Below, in pieces: positions 39,492 to 52,827 of a stretch of 64,000 nucleotides of DNA. The stretch is from positions 3,560,440 to 3,624,439 of the forward strand of contig OZ199838.1 in assembly GCA_964304625.1 (NCBI GenBank). Direction: 5' to 3'. Source of the DNA: Kudoa neothunni. Taxonomy: Eukaryota; Animalia; Cnidaria. The position numbers and the translations under genes are program-made. A model generated the notes under the pieces. It made no database searches. It was not told the origin of the DNA and was given only the letters and a program-made list of their open reading frames with translations. Each line of letters opens with the position of its first letter. The stretch's first letter is position 1.

Positions 39492-41513
39492 TCCTCTAAT
39501 GCATAATGCAGGGGTCACCAAAATACCGCCCTCCGATGCATTCAATCCGACCCACATTACTCCCCCAACATTCAAATGTGCCTGTGAATAAAAAAAATTG
39601 GGTTGACTTACGTGAAGACTATCAAGACATTATTACTTTAGTAGATGAATATGAATTAAATATATTCGGCTCTTGTACGATACAGTGGAAATGTGCGCGT
39701 GGTTTCTGCAGAAAATTAAACTTTATTAAACAACATTTGCGTATTTTTAATGGAGATATATTCTATTTATCGTTTCAATATATGAAGAAAGACGATTTTC
39801 TTGAAATTTCTTTTAAGACGGATAAGAAGTGAGATAAGATCTAATTAGTTCGGACATTTTGTTCGTGATATACCTAAATTTTCTATTGATGACGCTCCAG
39901 ATTGCTTCTATCTTATTCGTATGGACGCCATCAGCTGTTTTAAATTCGATACTTTGATTAATGGACTCATGTTTAAAGGCCGGAAATCCGAGATTTCTAT
40001 ATCCCCGCCATTTATCGGTCAAAATTATAGACTTGCGAGTGACATAATTGGTAGTAAAATCTTCAGGAGTCGACTTATTTCTTACTTCAGTCAAAATTTG
40101 GAAAATATTATTTTATTCAACTCCACCTACTCTCCAAACATTCTAGTTCATATGAAACCTTCCTCTGTGATATTTTCTTTTACATATATTGGATCGGTCA
40201 ATCTGTAAAACAACATCCATTCCTTCTATTCTCATCCTATATAGATTGAAATACTCAATATAAATTTCCCGAATATAATTCTTCGAGTTAACGATAGTTA
40301 CTCTGGATCCGATTTTCAATTGTTTCAGTTATGTACCATATGACTTTTGAATATCGGAGACATCCTAATACATTAAAATGAATATTTACCATAGTGAAAA
40401 TTTAGTTCCTTTACAAATGCTTACTCATTTTTAACACGCATAGCATCTAAAGTTATATCCATCGCTGACATTTTCTTTAATGAGCCCAACTTTTGAATTA
40501 CACATTTCACAAACTCTCTCTTTCGGAATTAACCCTATCTTTTGTAAAAATGCAATAAACTTTTCATTGTCATTTTTAAATAAAAAAGATCTAAAAGCAA
40601 AGAATCCAAGTTTGTGAGTAAAAAGTTAAATGTTTTTTTTCGCTAAAGTAACACGAAGCTGAGCGACATTTTCCACTGTACCTTACTTTAGCCTGATATT
40701 TCTATCGACTCCTACTTAATTTCTCCAATTAATTTAGTTCTCTGTTTCGATTATATTTTAAATTATATTTCTTATCGTTGATCACTATAATGAAATTAGA
40801 TTTTTAAAAATTAAATTCATTTCTTCTTGATAATTTTTATTTTGAATATTTCCTCCATAATAATATTAGATCAGTAAAGTGCCAAGCGAGTGTAATATTT
40901 AATCAATTTTATTTCAGACCATAGAATTTAATTCGTTAACATATTGTGTATGAGCATTTAATAATATTATTAAATCAAGAAAAGTACTAATTTGGTACAC
41001 GATAAATGGTTAAAGTATGATTTTAATTGCAAATTCTCCATTTAAATCACTAAAAAAATTTATAAAATTTTGTAGGAAAAATATAGCCTATTGTAAATGT
41101 TCAATCATATTTTTAATATCTTACATATTTTAGGAGATATTCCCTTCATGCTTTAAATAGCTAATGCCATGATAAAATTTAAACCAATAGTCATGTGATC
41201 ATTGGTATAGTTAACAACCGTATAACATCAAATTTATCCACCAGATAAAACTAAAATTTGATTTATGTAATAATTATGATTTTATCTATTAATGTATCTG
41301 AAAAAAATCTGAGGTAATTTTATACCCCAAAAATTCATTGGAGTGTAGTAAGCTTGTTATAATTTTTTTGATTTTATATTTATAGTCATATATTACTTAC
41401 CTTTCTGGAAGATTATGAAAAAACTTGTATCCTATGAAAATCAAGAAAATCACGTATACAACCAATAACTTCTTGGTATAGTAAATTTTGACCCTAACAA
41501 ATTCATTAGAGGG
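39492..41513. mobile_element. piggyBac-type non-autonomous element hosting a Merlin insertion
   Basis: Left (TCAA)TCCTCTAATG...AGGGGTCACCAAAATAC pairs with right GTAAATTTTGACCCT...CATTAGAGGG(TTAA); subterminal direct repeat at 41311-41345. Confidence 0.6.
39679..40682 (-). mobile_element. Merlin (IS1016/IS1595-like) DNA transposon, transposase pseudogenised
   Basis: Minus-strand QIDRSNICKRKYHRGR, RVGGVE*, IILTDKWRGY, HESINQS and VHTNKIEAIW. TIRs G(A/G)TACAGTGGAAA at 39679 and 40682; no clear TSD. Confidence 0.85.
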
Positions 41514-41546
41514 TTAATGCTTCCTCTTTGTAAACTACTGGATTAA

Positions 41547-43020
41547 CCCTCGTTTTTGGGGTGAGGTATAATAGGAGAGCCCATCGTTGCCATTTTACTC
41601 TATTAATATTTAACTCTTACAGGATTTTAAGATAAGCCAAAAATATTTTTATGCCTGCGTGAATGTGCAAAAAATTAATGATCATAGTTTCAATCGTGTA
41701 GTATTATATGACAGATTGTGATTGTATAAGATAATGTAAAAAAAGTGTATCTGAATTTTTGATTAAAGTTATTTTTGATAAAATGTAGAATAATGGTTCA
41801 TTTTCCGATTAAAGATTATAATTAGTTTTTTACCTTAATCTTACTTTTTTTAAATCAAATTAGTGTGATATTTGGTGAACATCGAATTGTAGGAATGTCT
41901 GGATTTCATCGAACAAATTTTTTTTAAATTTAATTTATACAATTGCTATAATTAATCAGTTAATGCTGATATAAAATATGGAAAATCTATTCTTACATAC
42001 AGAATTAATAATAGGTATTTTCCATGTATGAAATATGACAATCGATAAAAAATTATAGTTGTCACACTCAAATATTAGGATAAACAAAGTATGCTTTACT
42101 CGATAGATTAAATGGTATGTCGTGTTGAAATAACTGTAAGGGTCTAGCAGTTAAATATATGATGGATTATAGCAACTATTATTGATAGCAAAATAGAATG
42201 CCGAAAGTAACCTACCTACTGGTTTTGAAACAATGATACATACAAAAAATTTATATAATCAACAGGTTCGATTTTTATCTTAGTGGCTGATTTGGATTAC
42301 GGCCATTATTCTATATTTGAACCATAATATATAAACATTTAAATTTCTGATTTAAATAATTTATCAATTTGAATATGTGAAGACTGTTGTGTTCAAAAGA
42401 AAAATACAAAAATTCACAATTCCCATAACATTTCAAATATTTTTTGCTCTTTTATCAAAAGAGGATATAAAATTATTCTTTAAATCTGCATTCGAATTGA
42501 TTTATCCTGATAATAGTTATTATTGTACAATATACAATGTTATTTCGTAAAAAATTCAATTAGAAATATATAAACTGCTGAAAAAATGAAAAAATTGTTA
42601 TATCAAATTATTTGTAATACCTAAATGACCACGCCGTAAAGAAAATTCAGGATATTTTCCTCAGGTGTCTTGGTTTAGCCAAACTCCATAAATTTATACT
42701 TTTTGGAAGATGATTAAATATTTGAATCACTTGGTGTGGTATCATTTTTTAAGCATAATCGTTAGATTATACTTAAGATACAAATTATTTGGTATATCTT
42801 TGTCATGAATATCAATGTTATGATCACTCCTTTGCGAGAAAATCCATACTCATCAGAGCAATGAATATTTATATGTTCGTGCGTGCGTTCGCGGCTATAA
42901 AAATTTTGTTAAATTTGAGAAATGTATAGTTATCTAAATACATGCAAATTATTAAAATTGATATATCGTATCATTTGTTTCAAAATTTTAAAGAATTAGA
43001 GGTCTGATGGGACTCTATTT
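41547..43020 (-). mobile_element. Heavily decayed piggyBac-like element
   Basis: TTAA-CCCTCG start, with a similar end at 33042-33073 sharing GTGAGGTATAA; GAGAGCCCATC/GATGGGACTC inverted motif; faint minus-strand LINYLNQKFKCLY near 42330-42368. Confidence 0.4.
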
Positions 43021-45543
43021 TATTTGAAGGCGTTCTAATCATAAATATTTACGTAAATCGTTAAGAAATATCTTAACACATATTCTGAGTAGATAATATA
43101 TATTAATGAAGTGAAAAAATGTGAGCTTTGTTGGCTGACTGACTTTTGAGAAGTATACAAAACAATTTTGAATGTGGTCCATTCGAAATTGGAGCTAACA
43201 TTTTAAACTGACAGAGAGATTAATTCAATAACAAAAAATCTTTCATTGTCAATTTCTTATATCTCTTCACTAATTAACCCCATGGTATATATATATATAT
43301 ATATATATGTTAGAAATAAATTTTATATGAAAAGGTATGTTCCTATTTATAGCGTTTCAAAATCGATACAATAAACTCAGATTGATCAACTAATAATCAT
43401 TGATAGGTTATGAAATATACCACATTTTTAGGTGTTCAATGTTCGCTTAAGCAATGTCATTCAGAAACGAACAACACGCAAAATTCATGATTTTATAAAA
43501 AAATTAAAATTAACTTTATATTATCTTATATTTTTTGAAATTATATGTAATAATTAGAAATAAACAATAAACTTTTTATTTTAACAATAATTCCCATTTA
43601 ATCATTTCATCGTAAATTTTTAGCCAAATAGTATTGATAAACATCAAAATCCGATAAAAATTAAAAATCTGACTTATATAACTAAAAAAAGTCAATCAAA
43701 ATCGGATTAAAGGATTTTATTTAAAATTAATCCAATTTATTTCAATTATATATTCACTATTGTTGATTTATTAAAATATACAACAAAGAATAGAATCTTC
43801 TATTTTTCCCATTATATGTGCTTCTATATTACCGTATATACTTAAACAGCAATAAAACCAGGAAATACTTAAAGTTATGAGAAGATGGATGCAAATCGGA
43901 ACCCAAAACAACTTAACAACGCATTTTTACATATGACACACAACATAGTCATTATCACAATAATTTTAACACTTTTCCTAAACGAAAAATTTTGTAGTTG
44001 TATTGAATTGATACTCCAACAATTTAACTTTTGATAAACACATATAGAAATTATTTTGAAATATAAAATCATACAAAATTTAAATTACATAAACTACTAA
44101 TGTAATAGTCTGTTTCATTACTAATATTTAATAGTGTTAACAAAATTCGGCAGAAATAAATTAAGTTTGTTAATCCCCTATACACAAGATTTAAAGATAT
44201 AAAACGCTTATTTATGCTCGGATTTATACAAATATGAAGCTTAAACTATATTTTTATAGTCATGAAAAAAATTATATTTATCAAAACATTGGGTCAAATT
44301 CCCAAAAGTGAAAAATTTGTTAAAGTGTGATCGAATACCTGCTGTAGTTGTAGTTTCTATGAAAACAAACTACAATAAACATCCACATATTTAATTTGGG
44401 TTCAAAATACTTTTCAACAAATCTATTTAAATGAATTTTTTACGAAAAATAAATGTTGTAGATCAACGATGTGTTATGTATATTCGAATTTTTCACAGCA
44501 AATGCAAATAACCGGAAGCAATGAGCAATAGCTGATAATAATTCCAATCCGTGTTTTATTTTCATCCAGTATAACAAAAAATAATTTTAAATAAATTCTA
44601 AATACAATAATGATAAACCGACTATTTCTCAATTACTCAAATAAAATATATAAATAAGGTGATTATAGTTTATGAAATAGATCTTATCTAACAGATTTAA
44701 TTTAAAGTAATCGGTGTACCTAACATTTATCAAATAATGCTTACAGTTAAACTATACATAGGTTTTAACATAGAATCATAATTCAATATTTATTTGTTAA
44801 ATAAATTAAGCAAATGGATAAAAAATTTAACTCTAAAAAATGAATTTTATTTTGCAAATAATATTCAAAGGTGAACATTATGCGAAAACGGCGAACTTAG
44901 AACCCTCTTAAGTAAGACCCTTTCTCTTCTCATATTACATACAATCTGAAACAGTCGAAGATATTGGTACATTTTTAAAACCTACAATATTCACATATTC
45001 ACCAGGATAGAGTAGTAACCAACGAAGAAAATTCCATTTAATATTTCAGAGATTAATACTTTTCTCCACATTTAAAACTAAAATAACATTAAAAGATTGT
45101 TTAACGTTTTATTCGCACCTAAAAATAACATGCATACTCACTTAATATCCATTGAACATTTATTAATTATTAAAGAAGGATTGCACTACATTCAAAGAAA
45201 TGCATATTAAAAATTGTAACTAATTAAAATCTACATTAAATTTGTTAAACACATACAATTATTACTGGTATAAACATCGAAAATACGCCCCCAATGTGTA
45301 TCAACGCGATTCGGTTGGTATCGTGTGTCAAAGACACGCAGGCAACTTTGAAACTAAAATATTTTGATTGCATAAAAAACGCACGAATTTGTAATTCTAA
45401 CTCCAAATTTGTGTTAGAAAACAATGTACGGCCAATATCATAGTGATATTGGTGGATAATAATACTATGCACATAGTTTCCGAATACACACGAACACTAA
45501 TTCTTATACGAACAATTGTGGTTGTTGAACCTTGCCTGTTAAT

Positions 45544-47045
45544 ATGGAACGAGCCATGAGAGTTGCCAAAGTTAAATACTGCGACAAAATTAAAAAGTTT
45601 CTGATACCAGAAGATATTTCACATTTCGACGCGTTTTATGAGAAGGTTGTTGGTCTTTTTTCCAAACAAATCACATCCAATCAAGAAATGACTGTCGAAT
45701 ACTTGGATGAGGGTTTGTAGCTTTTGTTTTTTTACCAAAGAAACCACCTTATATATAATTCTTAATTTTAGAAAAGGATTGGATTTTACTTGAAAATATT
45801 GAGGATCTTTCACTTGCCATGCAAGAGGGTTCTTTATACATTAGAATTAAAGGTACGGATTGTCTGTTTTAATTTTGTTAATCTCCTAGTAGAATCATCC
45901 GCTGATAGTTTGATGAGTGAAATTCTCTTCAATAAACAAATTGACACATCAGTACAAAAAATCGAAATTGTTGATGGACTCAAAGGTCTCAGTTTGATAC
46001 CTACTCAGAATGCAAAATGTAGCTTGACCTTTTTGATTATCTAATTTTGTTGTTTAGATAATTTGAAGGAGGTAAACGCCGAAGATGCTTCTGTAAAACA
46101 GTTCGCTTCTGCAACTACTCGACCCAATATGCGAGTAGAAGGTAGTCTTAATTTAATATTTTTATAATTAAATATTAATTTTTTATTAACAGATCAAACG
46201 AACATGAAAAAGTCTGAAATTCACGCTTTTAAAGGACCAAATTTTGAAAAAAGTACACAAACCTATGAAGATGATTTGTTAGCGTTGGGTCAACATGAAC
46301 CCAACATCCGTGATAATGCGTCAGTGGGCTCTTCAAATAAAGACAATTCTATGCATAGTCAATGTATCATAAGTGTAAAGTGTAATTTTTGATATGTGAA
46401 TTTTCATTTGTAGATGGTGCTCATAAAGACAACATTGGTGTGAATCCTTCACCAATTGCATTCCATCCTAAAAATCCCAACCAAGAACCACTCCATGCTA
46501 ACCAACAACAAATGTCCTTCCAACAGGATCAATCCCAACCCTTTTATAGTCATAGTTCGCCAGGTACAGATGCCAATCAGAGAGGACCTATGATGATGCC
46601 TGGCAATGCTCGTCCACCATCCTTCCCCTCCAATCAACAACAACTACCCCCTTCGGCGCAACAACGACAACAGCAACCATCTATGGGTCAACCACCGTAT
46701 GGAGTGAGATCTTCTACAACTCCCGTCAACATGGGACATCCTGCTATGGGTGCTGCTCAACCACAACCTATAAGAGGACCTCCAGCTAACATGAGACCTG
46801 GTTTCCCCAACCCTGGACAGATGGGATTCGTCCCACAACAACCCCAAGGTCAACCACCAATGGGCATGCCTCCAAGGCAGTCGATTCAAAGTGGTTCTCA
46901 GCCTCCTCCTCATCATGGCATGGGAATGCCACCACAATCTTATAGTGGAGGACCTCCACTTGATTATCCTCCTTCTCACGGTTCTGCGCCAAACCAAGGA
47001 AACCGATTCCCCCCACCAGGACACTTCCAAACAAGCAACCAATGA
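45544..47045 (+). CDS. TFG: TFG-like protein: N-terminal PB1 domain and Pro/Gln/Gly-rich tail, 6 exons
   Basis: AKVKYCDKIKKF...MTVEYLDE|EKDWILLENIEDLSLAM fits a PB1 domain with an OPCA motif; long PQ-rich C-terminal exon. Confidence 0.7.
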
Positions 47046-47730
47046 TTGTTTATTTGAGGTTTTAACGGAGTTTACAGCTCTCAATTAAAATCCTTTTTTG
47101 GTGTTATTCAAAAAACTCGTCAATTTTTATTTCATATTCTGATTATATGATGTGTTTTGTTAGCTATTGGTGGAGATTTTTTTGTTTGAAGGGGGTCTTA
47201 GTATTTTGGAATTAATCTTTTAGTCTTAAGCAAGCAATTTGCTTTTAGAGTAGAATAACACAGGGGAAAATAAAACTCAGATTTTTTTTATATTTCACTT
47301 GGAAAAATATTTTTTGAATTTCTAATATTCTGAATGGTGATTTAAAAGAGCGATATTCGGTCAAGATTGGTTATTGCGCTTCTTTTTTTTCAATTAAGAA
47401 AAAGGTTTGAAATAACCTTAATCGACTGTTTATATATAAATTTAATAACTCTAAAATAATCACATTACAAATTTTTCCTTTAATTATGTATATACATATT
47501 AAATCGACTGTTTTTAAACATTAATTCTATATTAAAAAGTGCAGCGCAGTTGTTAGTTTATTGTAAACAACACGCTAAATTTGAAGGAGTTAATGCGAAA
47601 AACCTGCTGATGTACTTCGACTTTGATTCATTGGTGACGGTTAAATAGGCATTTATGGGACTAGGGAATATAAAGGAGTAGAAAATTCGTAAGCCCTACA
47701 AGCAATACTTTCAAAGCTTGAAGGGATGTA

Positions 47731-48089
47731 CAGTGCAACCTCGGACTTTGACTATAATCCGTTATAGAAATTTTTTCAAACTCCGAATAATTTTTTCCCA
47801 TGCAAAATAATTAAATTTAGTTTAATCCGTTATCACACATCAAATAAATATTAAATAAAATATAGAGTCAATATTCTTGGTTGTCATACGATAGATTATG
47901 ATTATAGAGAGGTCTCTTTCGATGGCGTTAGCTAGCTCAATTTGATTGAGCAACTCTTCGTCTAGAATTTCTTTTCTTCTCTGTTTTTTATCCAACTGGA
48001 TTTGTTCTGAAAAACCTTTCTATAGGTGTTCGAACTCAAAAGTGTTTTTGACTACTCAAAATTTTTGGTCGAACTCCGAGGTTGCACTG
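47731..48089. mobile_element. Tc1/mariner-superfamily (pogo/Tigger-like) MITE
   Basis: TA on both sides; 24-bp TIR CAGTGCAACCTCGGA(C/G)TT(T/C)GAC(T/C)A with 3 mismatches. Confidence 0.88.
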
Positions 48090-49089
48090 TAATTGTGGTT
48101 TCCCATAACGTAGATTTTTCGACGTTAAACTCCCACACCATTTCAGGAGATAAAGTGAGATGTTATATTCGGCGTGATTTTTTGCCTTTATCGTCCATGA
48201 AGGCGGTTGAACTTACATTATTTCTCGATCAAGTTTTAAGTCACTTGTGAGTTACTATATCATGGTGTTTGAAAAATCACAAAAAAACTGAAATAATGGG
48301 AACGCTAATTCTAAACAGTGAAAAAAATTATTGTTTCTGCCCTTATATTCGCCGTTTTTTAATTCTATCGATTAAGTTATTGCTTAACTCAAATCCATAA
48401 TAAAAATAAAATAGCCAAAAAATCCTGAAGGCTAACTTGAGTGTATTGAGAATAGCCCAGGGGAGATTTCATCGATATATTTCCGAAAATAATTTAAAAC
48501 ATCCTAAATATTACTTTGCTGTTGCTCTTCAATAATAAAAAATTTATATTTAGAATTATTTTTGAGTATATAGATGTTTATTACTTTTGATCGTGATAAC
48601 AGGAGAAAATTTTTAATTTTGCGAGAAACTTTCATGTTGACTGAACATTTCTGCAGCTTAATTGAATACAATGACAAAATACTCGAGCAATTTATAACTT
48701 GATTAAGAAATACTGTAACAGTGAAATGATTTGTAGAGTTACACAGTTAGTTTACCTTGCAGCAAAAAATTAAATATTCATTGTATTTATTATTATTAAA
48801 ATATAATAATAATTTATATTCTCTTTTTATTTCTTCTTAAAACGGTAAGACGGTTATAAATCAATACTTTTAACTAAAATTTTGAGAGATTAAACTATAT
48901 CTTTGCCGTAGAAGAATATATTAAAGTAAAAATAATTAGGGTACAAGCGCAGGTACTCTTAAATTTCACGGGAACGAATCCTACTATGCATATTTTAAGC
49001 ATGACAGTTGTAATCATTATATTATTTTACTACTTAATTAATAAAAAGTAAAATAAAATTATATATTAATTTGCTAAAGTATTTTTTAA

Positions 49090-52000
49090 CCCTCCAAGTG
49101 AAATGGGGTAGAAATCTATCCCACATAATGTTTGAAGTCATTTTTTTACCCAATAAATTAATGATAAATGGCCCGAAGTCAGTCTAACCTTGCAACCGTT
49201 GTTATAGCAAAAATATAAGAAATAAAAAGGTGTATCACTTAAATAAAAAAAGTTACTTCAACATTATCTTCAAAGTAAAAATCGGGTAAAAATCTAACCC
49301 AGATTCTTTTAATTAAAACTATTTAAAATAAAAAGTTTTTTAATTTAGAACATTGTTGGTCAATTCTATAGATTAGATTTTGAGTAAATCAAGCAATATT
49401 ATTATTAAGTCCTTATGTACACATGCTCTCCTCTCGTTGTGTGTGCAGTGAGTTCGTGCGAATACAGTGAACGTTGCCCAGATTCGACTCAGACACTTAT
49501 TACAATCTATTAACAAAGAATCTTCAGCCAAATGCAATTTTAATATAAATCTACCGGTCGATTGTCGCATTGACACGAATGGAACATTATGGGAGACTAA
49601 GACTCCACTACCTACACGAACATCGGCTGAAAACACCCTGTATAATCGTTTCAGTGTTGTCCCTTTCATAAGACTGAATATTAACTCGGTGGTCGATACG
49701 TTTGGGACATTCTTCAATCAAAAAGTGTACATCATAAAAATTGCCCACAGATGTAGCGTTTGCTTAATGCTTTATTGTAAACAACATGTTTGTTGGACAT
49801 TTTCCAAGATATTACATCATTTTTGTTACTTTTTGGTATAAATATTAAATTGATTAGTTCGCAATAAACCTTTAAAAATTTTTAAGTAAAAGAACATTTT
49901 TAAGTAATAAAGAGAGATTTACTGTTTATAAGACAATAACGCACAGCGAAATCCGATAAACACCGTATTTCAAGATCAAAGTGCAACCTTCTTAAAATGA
50001 AACATATTTTTAGTTATCAATATTATTTGAGTTTAAGCCTCGAATACCTGGCAAAATAAGTTACATAAATGCCGAAGAGGATCGTTATGGTCCTATGCAA
50101 TTTAATTATAGCACAATTTTATTTGAAACTATTTAACTATAAAGATAAATAAAACAATCAAATAGCTTGGTTTTAGGTTAAAAACATAAATAATTTGAAA
50201 ATATAAACTTGTATAAAATCGTTATCGTAAAAATGGAACAAAGTAACGTTAGCTCATATAATTTTTATATTTAAAATAAATTTATCATTTTCAAAATTGT
50301 TAGTTTATGACTGTAATTAGCGGTTTAATTTAGATGGTGTTTTCATTTATTAGCAAAAAACCATTATAATGAACATAATCAATAAATGTCTTTGTTTATG
50401 ACTACATACGACAATGTAACTTAAAAATTCCAAAATAATTTAATATTTTACAACGTGAAACTGAAACACAAGTTCAAACTATCTATATCGTCAATTATAA
50501 TGACATTTATTCCAATCGTTTTGTCTGAAATTTAAATACGTAAATCACAAGAATATGATATATTTTGCAGATATAATCAAATTTAATAAAAAAATTGTAA
50601 TTGAGAATAAAAATATGGTCAAATAAAGTAGATAAATAATACAATATATTTTATTTTTTGTTTATTTATTTATTCTGCAAATATGGGCACGTATCTCTTC
50701 CAGATGGAGGTTCTTCCTTTTATTGGGATGGTTTTAAAATTAATATCATCGTTTCCAAGCAATTGTTCCGCTAAAATTTTTAAAAAATCTCTTCAGGATT
50801 GGTTTTTATGGGCGACTATATCGATGATGTTAAAGACAATCGCCGATGGCGAGTGGCTCTTTTTGTGGAATAGCAGCGGACAATATGTTCAAGTGTATCC
50901 ATCTCTCCTTTAGTTTGGTTGTAATAATTTATGATATCTGGTTTTTTCGACTCAGGATCAACATCACAACCTCGATATGTGGAACTTAAAAGTATCACGG
51001 ATGTATTTTTCTTGGGAATGTAATTTACCAGGGAAAATTTATCCTGAAATCCATATTTTACGACGTTTGGTATTCCCTTTGAAGATTGAAATTCAGAGAT
51101 GAGAAATTTTTTATTTTTAAGGACAAGCCCCACGATTGTTGTTTCCTGAGACATTAAGTATCACTCAAGTGATATTGTGGTATAAAAATTGTCCGTGGTA
51201 ACGTTACGACCTTTTTTTAAATAAGGTGTAATTAAATCCTTTACCGCATTTTCACCTTGGTTGGTTTCGAAAACACCGTTCTCCTTGCCAATATATATCT
51301 TTGCATTGCATAGATAAGCATTCGTTGCATTACACAGCGCCCATATTTTTATTCTATATCTGTCCGGCTTAGAAGCAATGAACATTTTGAAGGGGCAACG
51401 ACCTCTACATGTGACAAGTTGCTCATCCACAGTCAATTGAGAAGATGAATTGTAACTTTCTTTACACGTCTTTATAAACTCATCAAATATGTATCTGATG
51501 GGGGTAATTTTATCTTCTCTTGTCGAATCTGAGACAAGTTACAAAATCATCAAAGTAATTTCCTGTAATTTTTGCAATTAGTGCGTGAAGGCCTTATTTT
51601 TTAGTCCAAAATTCTCGGATGTGTTTATTTCTGCCTTTCATCAATCCAATTAATAAGATAGCCCCCAAGAAAACATTCAACTCTATCATATTTATCTTTT
51701 TGACATAGGGTTTTTCTTGTTCAATAAATTCGTTGGTACAATGTTAGATCACTTCCAACATTATATTGGTCAAAAATTATTAAAAGCCCTCATAAGCGTA
51801 TGGCAATTCTGGAAAGAGTTTTTAGTGAATGCCTCCATTCAATTCTAGTCGGGATTATATGCCATTTTTTCTCTATCTTTGGATACAACAAAAGAGACAT
51901 GGGTCATTAATTATTCCATCTAAGTCCTTCAAACCACCTTAAATGTATGGTGTATCATCAGCGCTTTCACAATCGTGTTAAAAAAACATGTTTTTCGACA

Positions 52001-52827
52001 GAATTCATTTTTAAATTAATTTCTTGTTGAGCGCTGAAGCTTGTTATAAAATAAATTCAATTTAAATCTTTGATTAAACATATAATTAGTCATAAACTGT
52101 TTAAGAATATTTTAAATTGCTTATGAAATATAATATTAAATTTAGAATGATGTAATTACAGTATAAAATATTAATTTCGTTAAAAATTACACGTGGACCG
52201 AAGTGTTCTATCTCAGGTATTTACGTAACTTTTTGTGTTTACTTACTTTTACAAAAATTGTCAAAACTTACAGTTCAATTATTTTAAAACTCAATAAATC
52301 ATACTCACATCATAAAATAAGAATACTTAAAAAAAGTTTAAAAAAATGTATGCAAAAAGATTGAAAATTTTATCTCTCGTGAACCAGCGTGGTCCACTCC
52401 AGGTATTCCAAAAAAATAAATAATTCTTATAGTCGGAAGGATTTTTATTTTTTACAGCCGATATCAAATAATGGAATATATCTCCCTGGATTTAAAAAAT
52501 GGTTATAACATGATAGGAAAATTAGTTTTGATAAAAAAATGTATTTATAACTTGGAGAACGTTTACTAAAAGTTTTATATCATATTAAAAGATTGGTTGC
52601 ATTTTGATTTTGAAATATTGTATTTAATGTATTAATGTATTGCGCCGGCGCAATAACACCTTAATAAGTATGTTCCTTGATTTATCTAATATCTAATCAA
52701 TAGAATTTATTAAAACTATTCGAGATAATATAACTTTATATTTTAAACAATATCAGTCAACAAAATCCTGAGGTAGATTTCAACCCCATTTTTGCATGGA
52801 AGGTGTAAATTTTCGTGACTTAGAGGG
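49090..52827 (-). mobile_element. piggyBac element (outer), composite
   Basis: TTAA-CCCTCCAAGT ... ACTTAGAGGG-TTGA; subterminal GGGGTAGAAATCTATCCC / GAGGTAGATTTCAACCCC; possible decayed C-terminal transposase remnant at about 49373-49830. Confidence 0.75.
50690..51900 (-). pseudogene. piggyBac (PGBD-type) transposase pseudogene
   Basis: TVDEQLVTCRGRCPFKMFIASKPDRY, TTDNFYT, PKKNTSVILLSS and KPDIINYYNQTKGEMDT. The DDD triad is recognisable, with an in-frame stop at 51161 and frameshifts. Ends approximate. Confidence 0.92.

Noticed and set aside
43460-43495. ACACGCAAAATTCATGA resembling the U6 3' region
   Set aside because: No ACAGAGA box or other U6 core upstream.
46449-47088. Antisense and alternative-frame ORFs over TFG (likewise over CDK9, ClC and PSMG1)
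   Set aside because: Shadows of GC-richer coding exons with no recognisable motifs.
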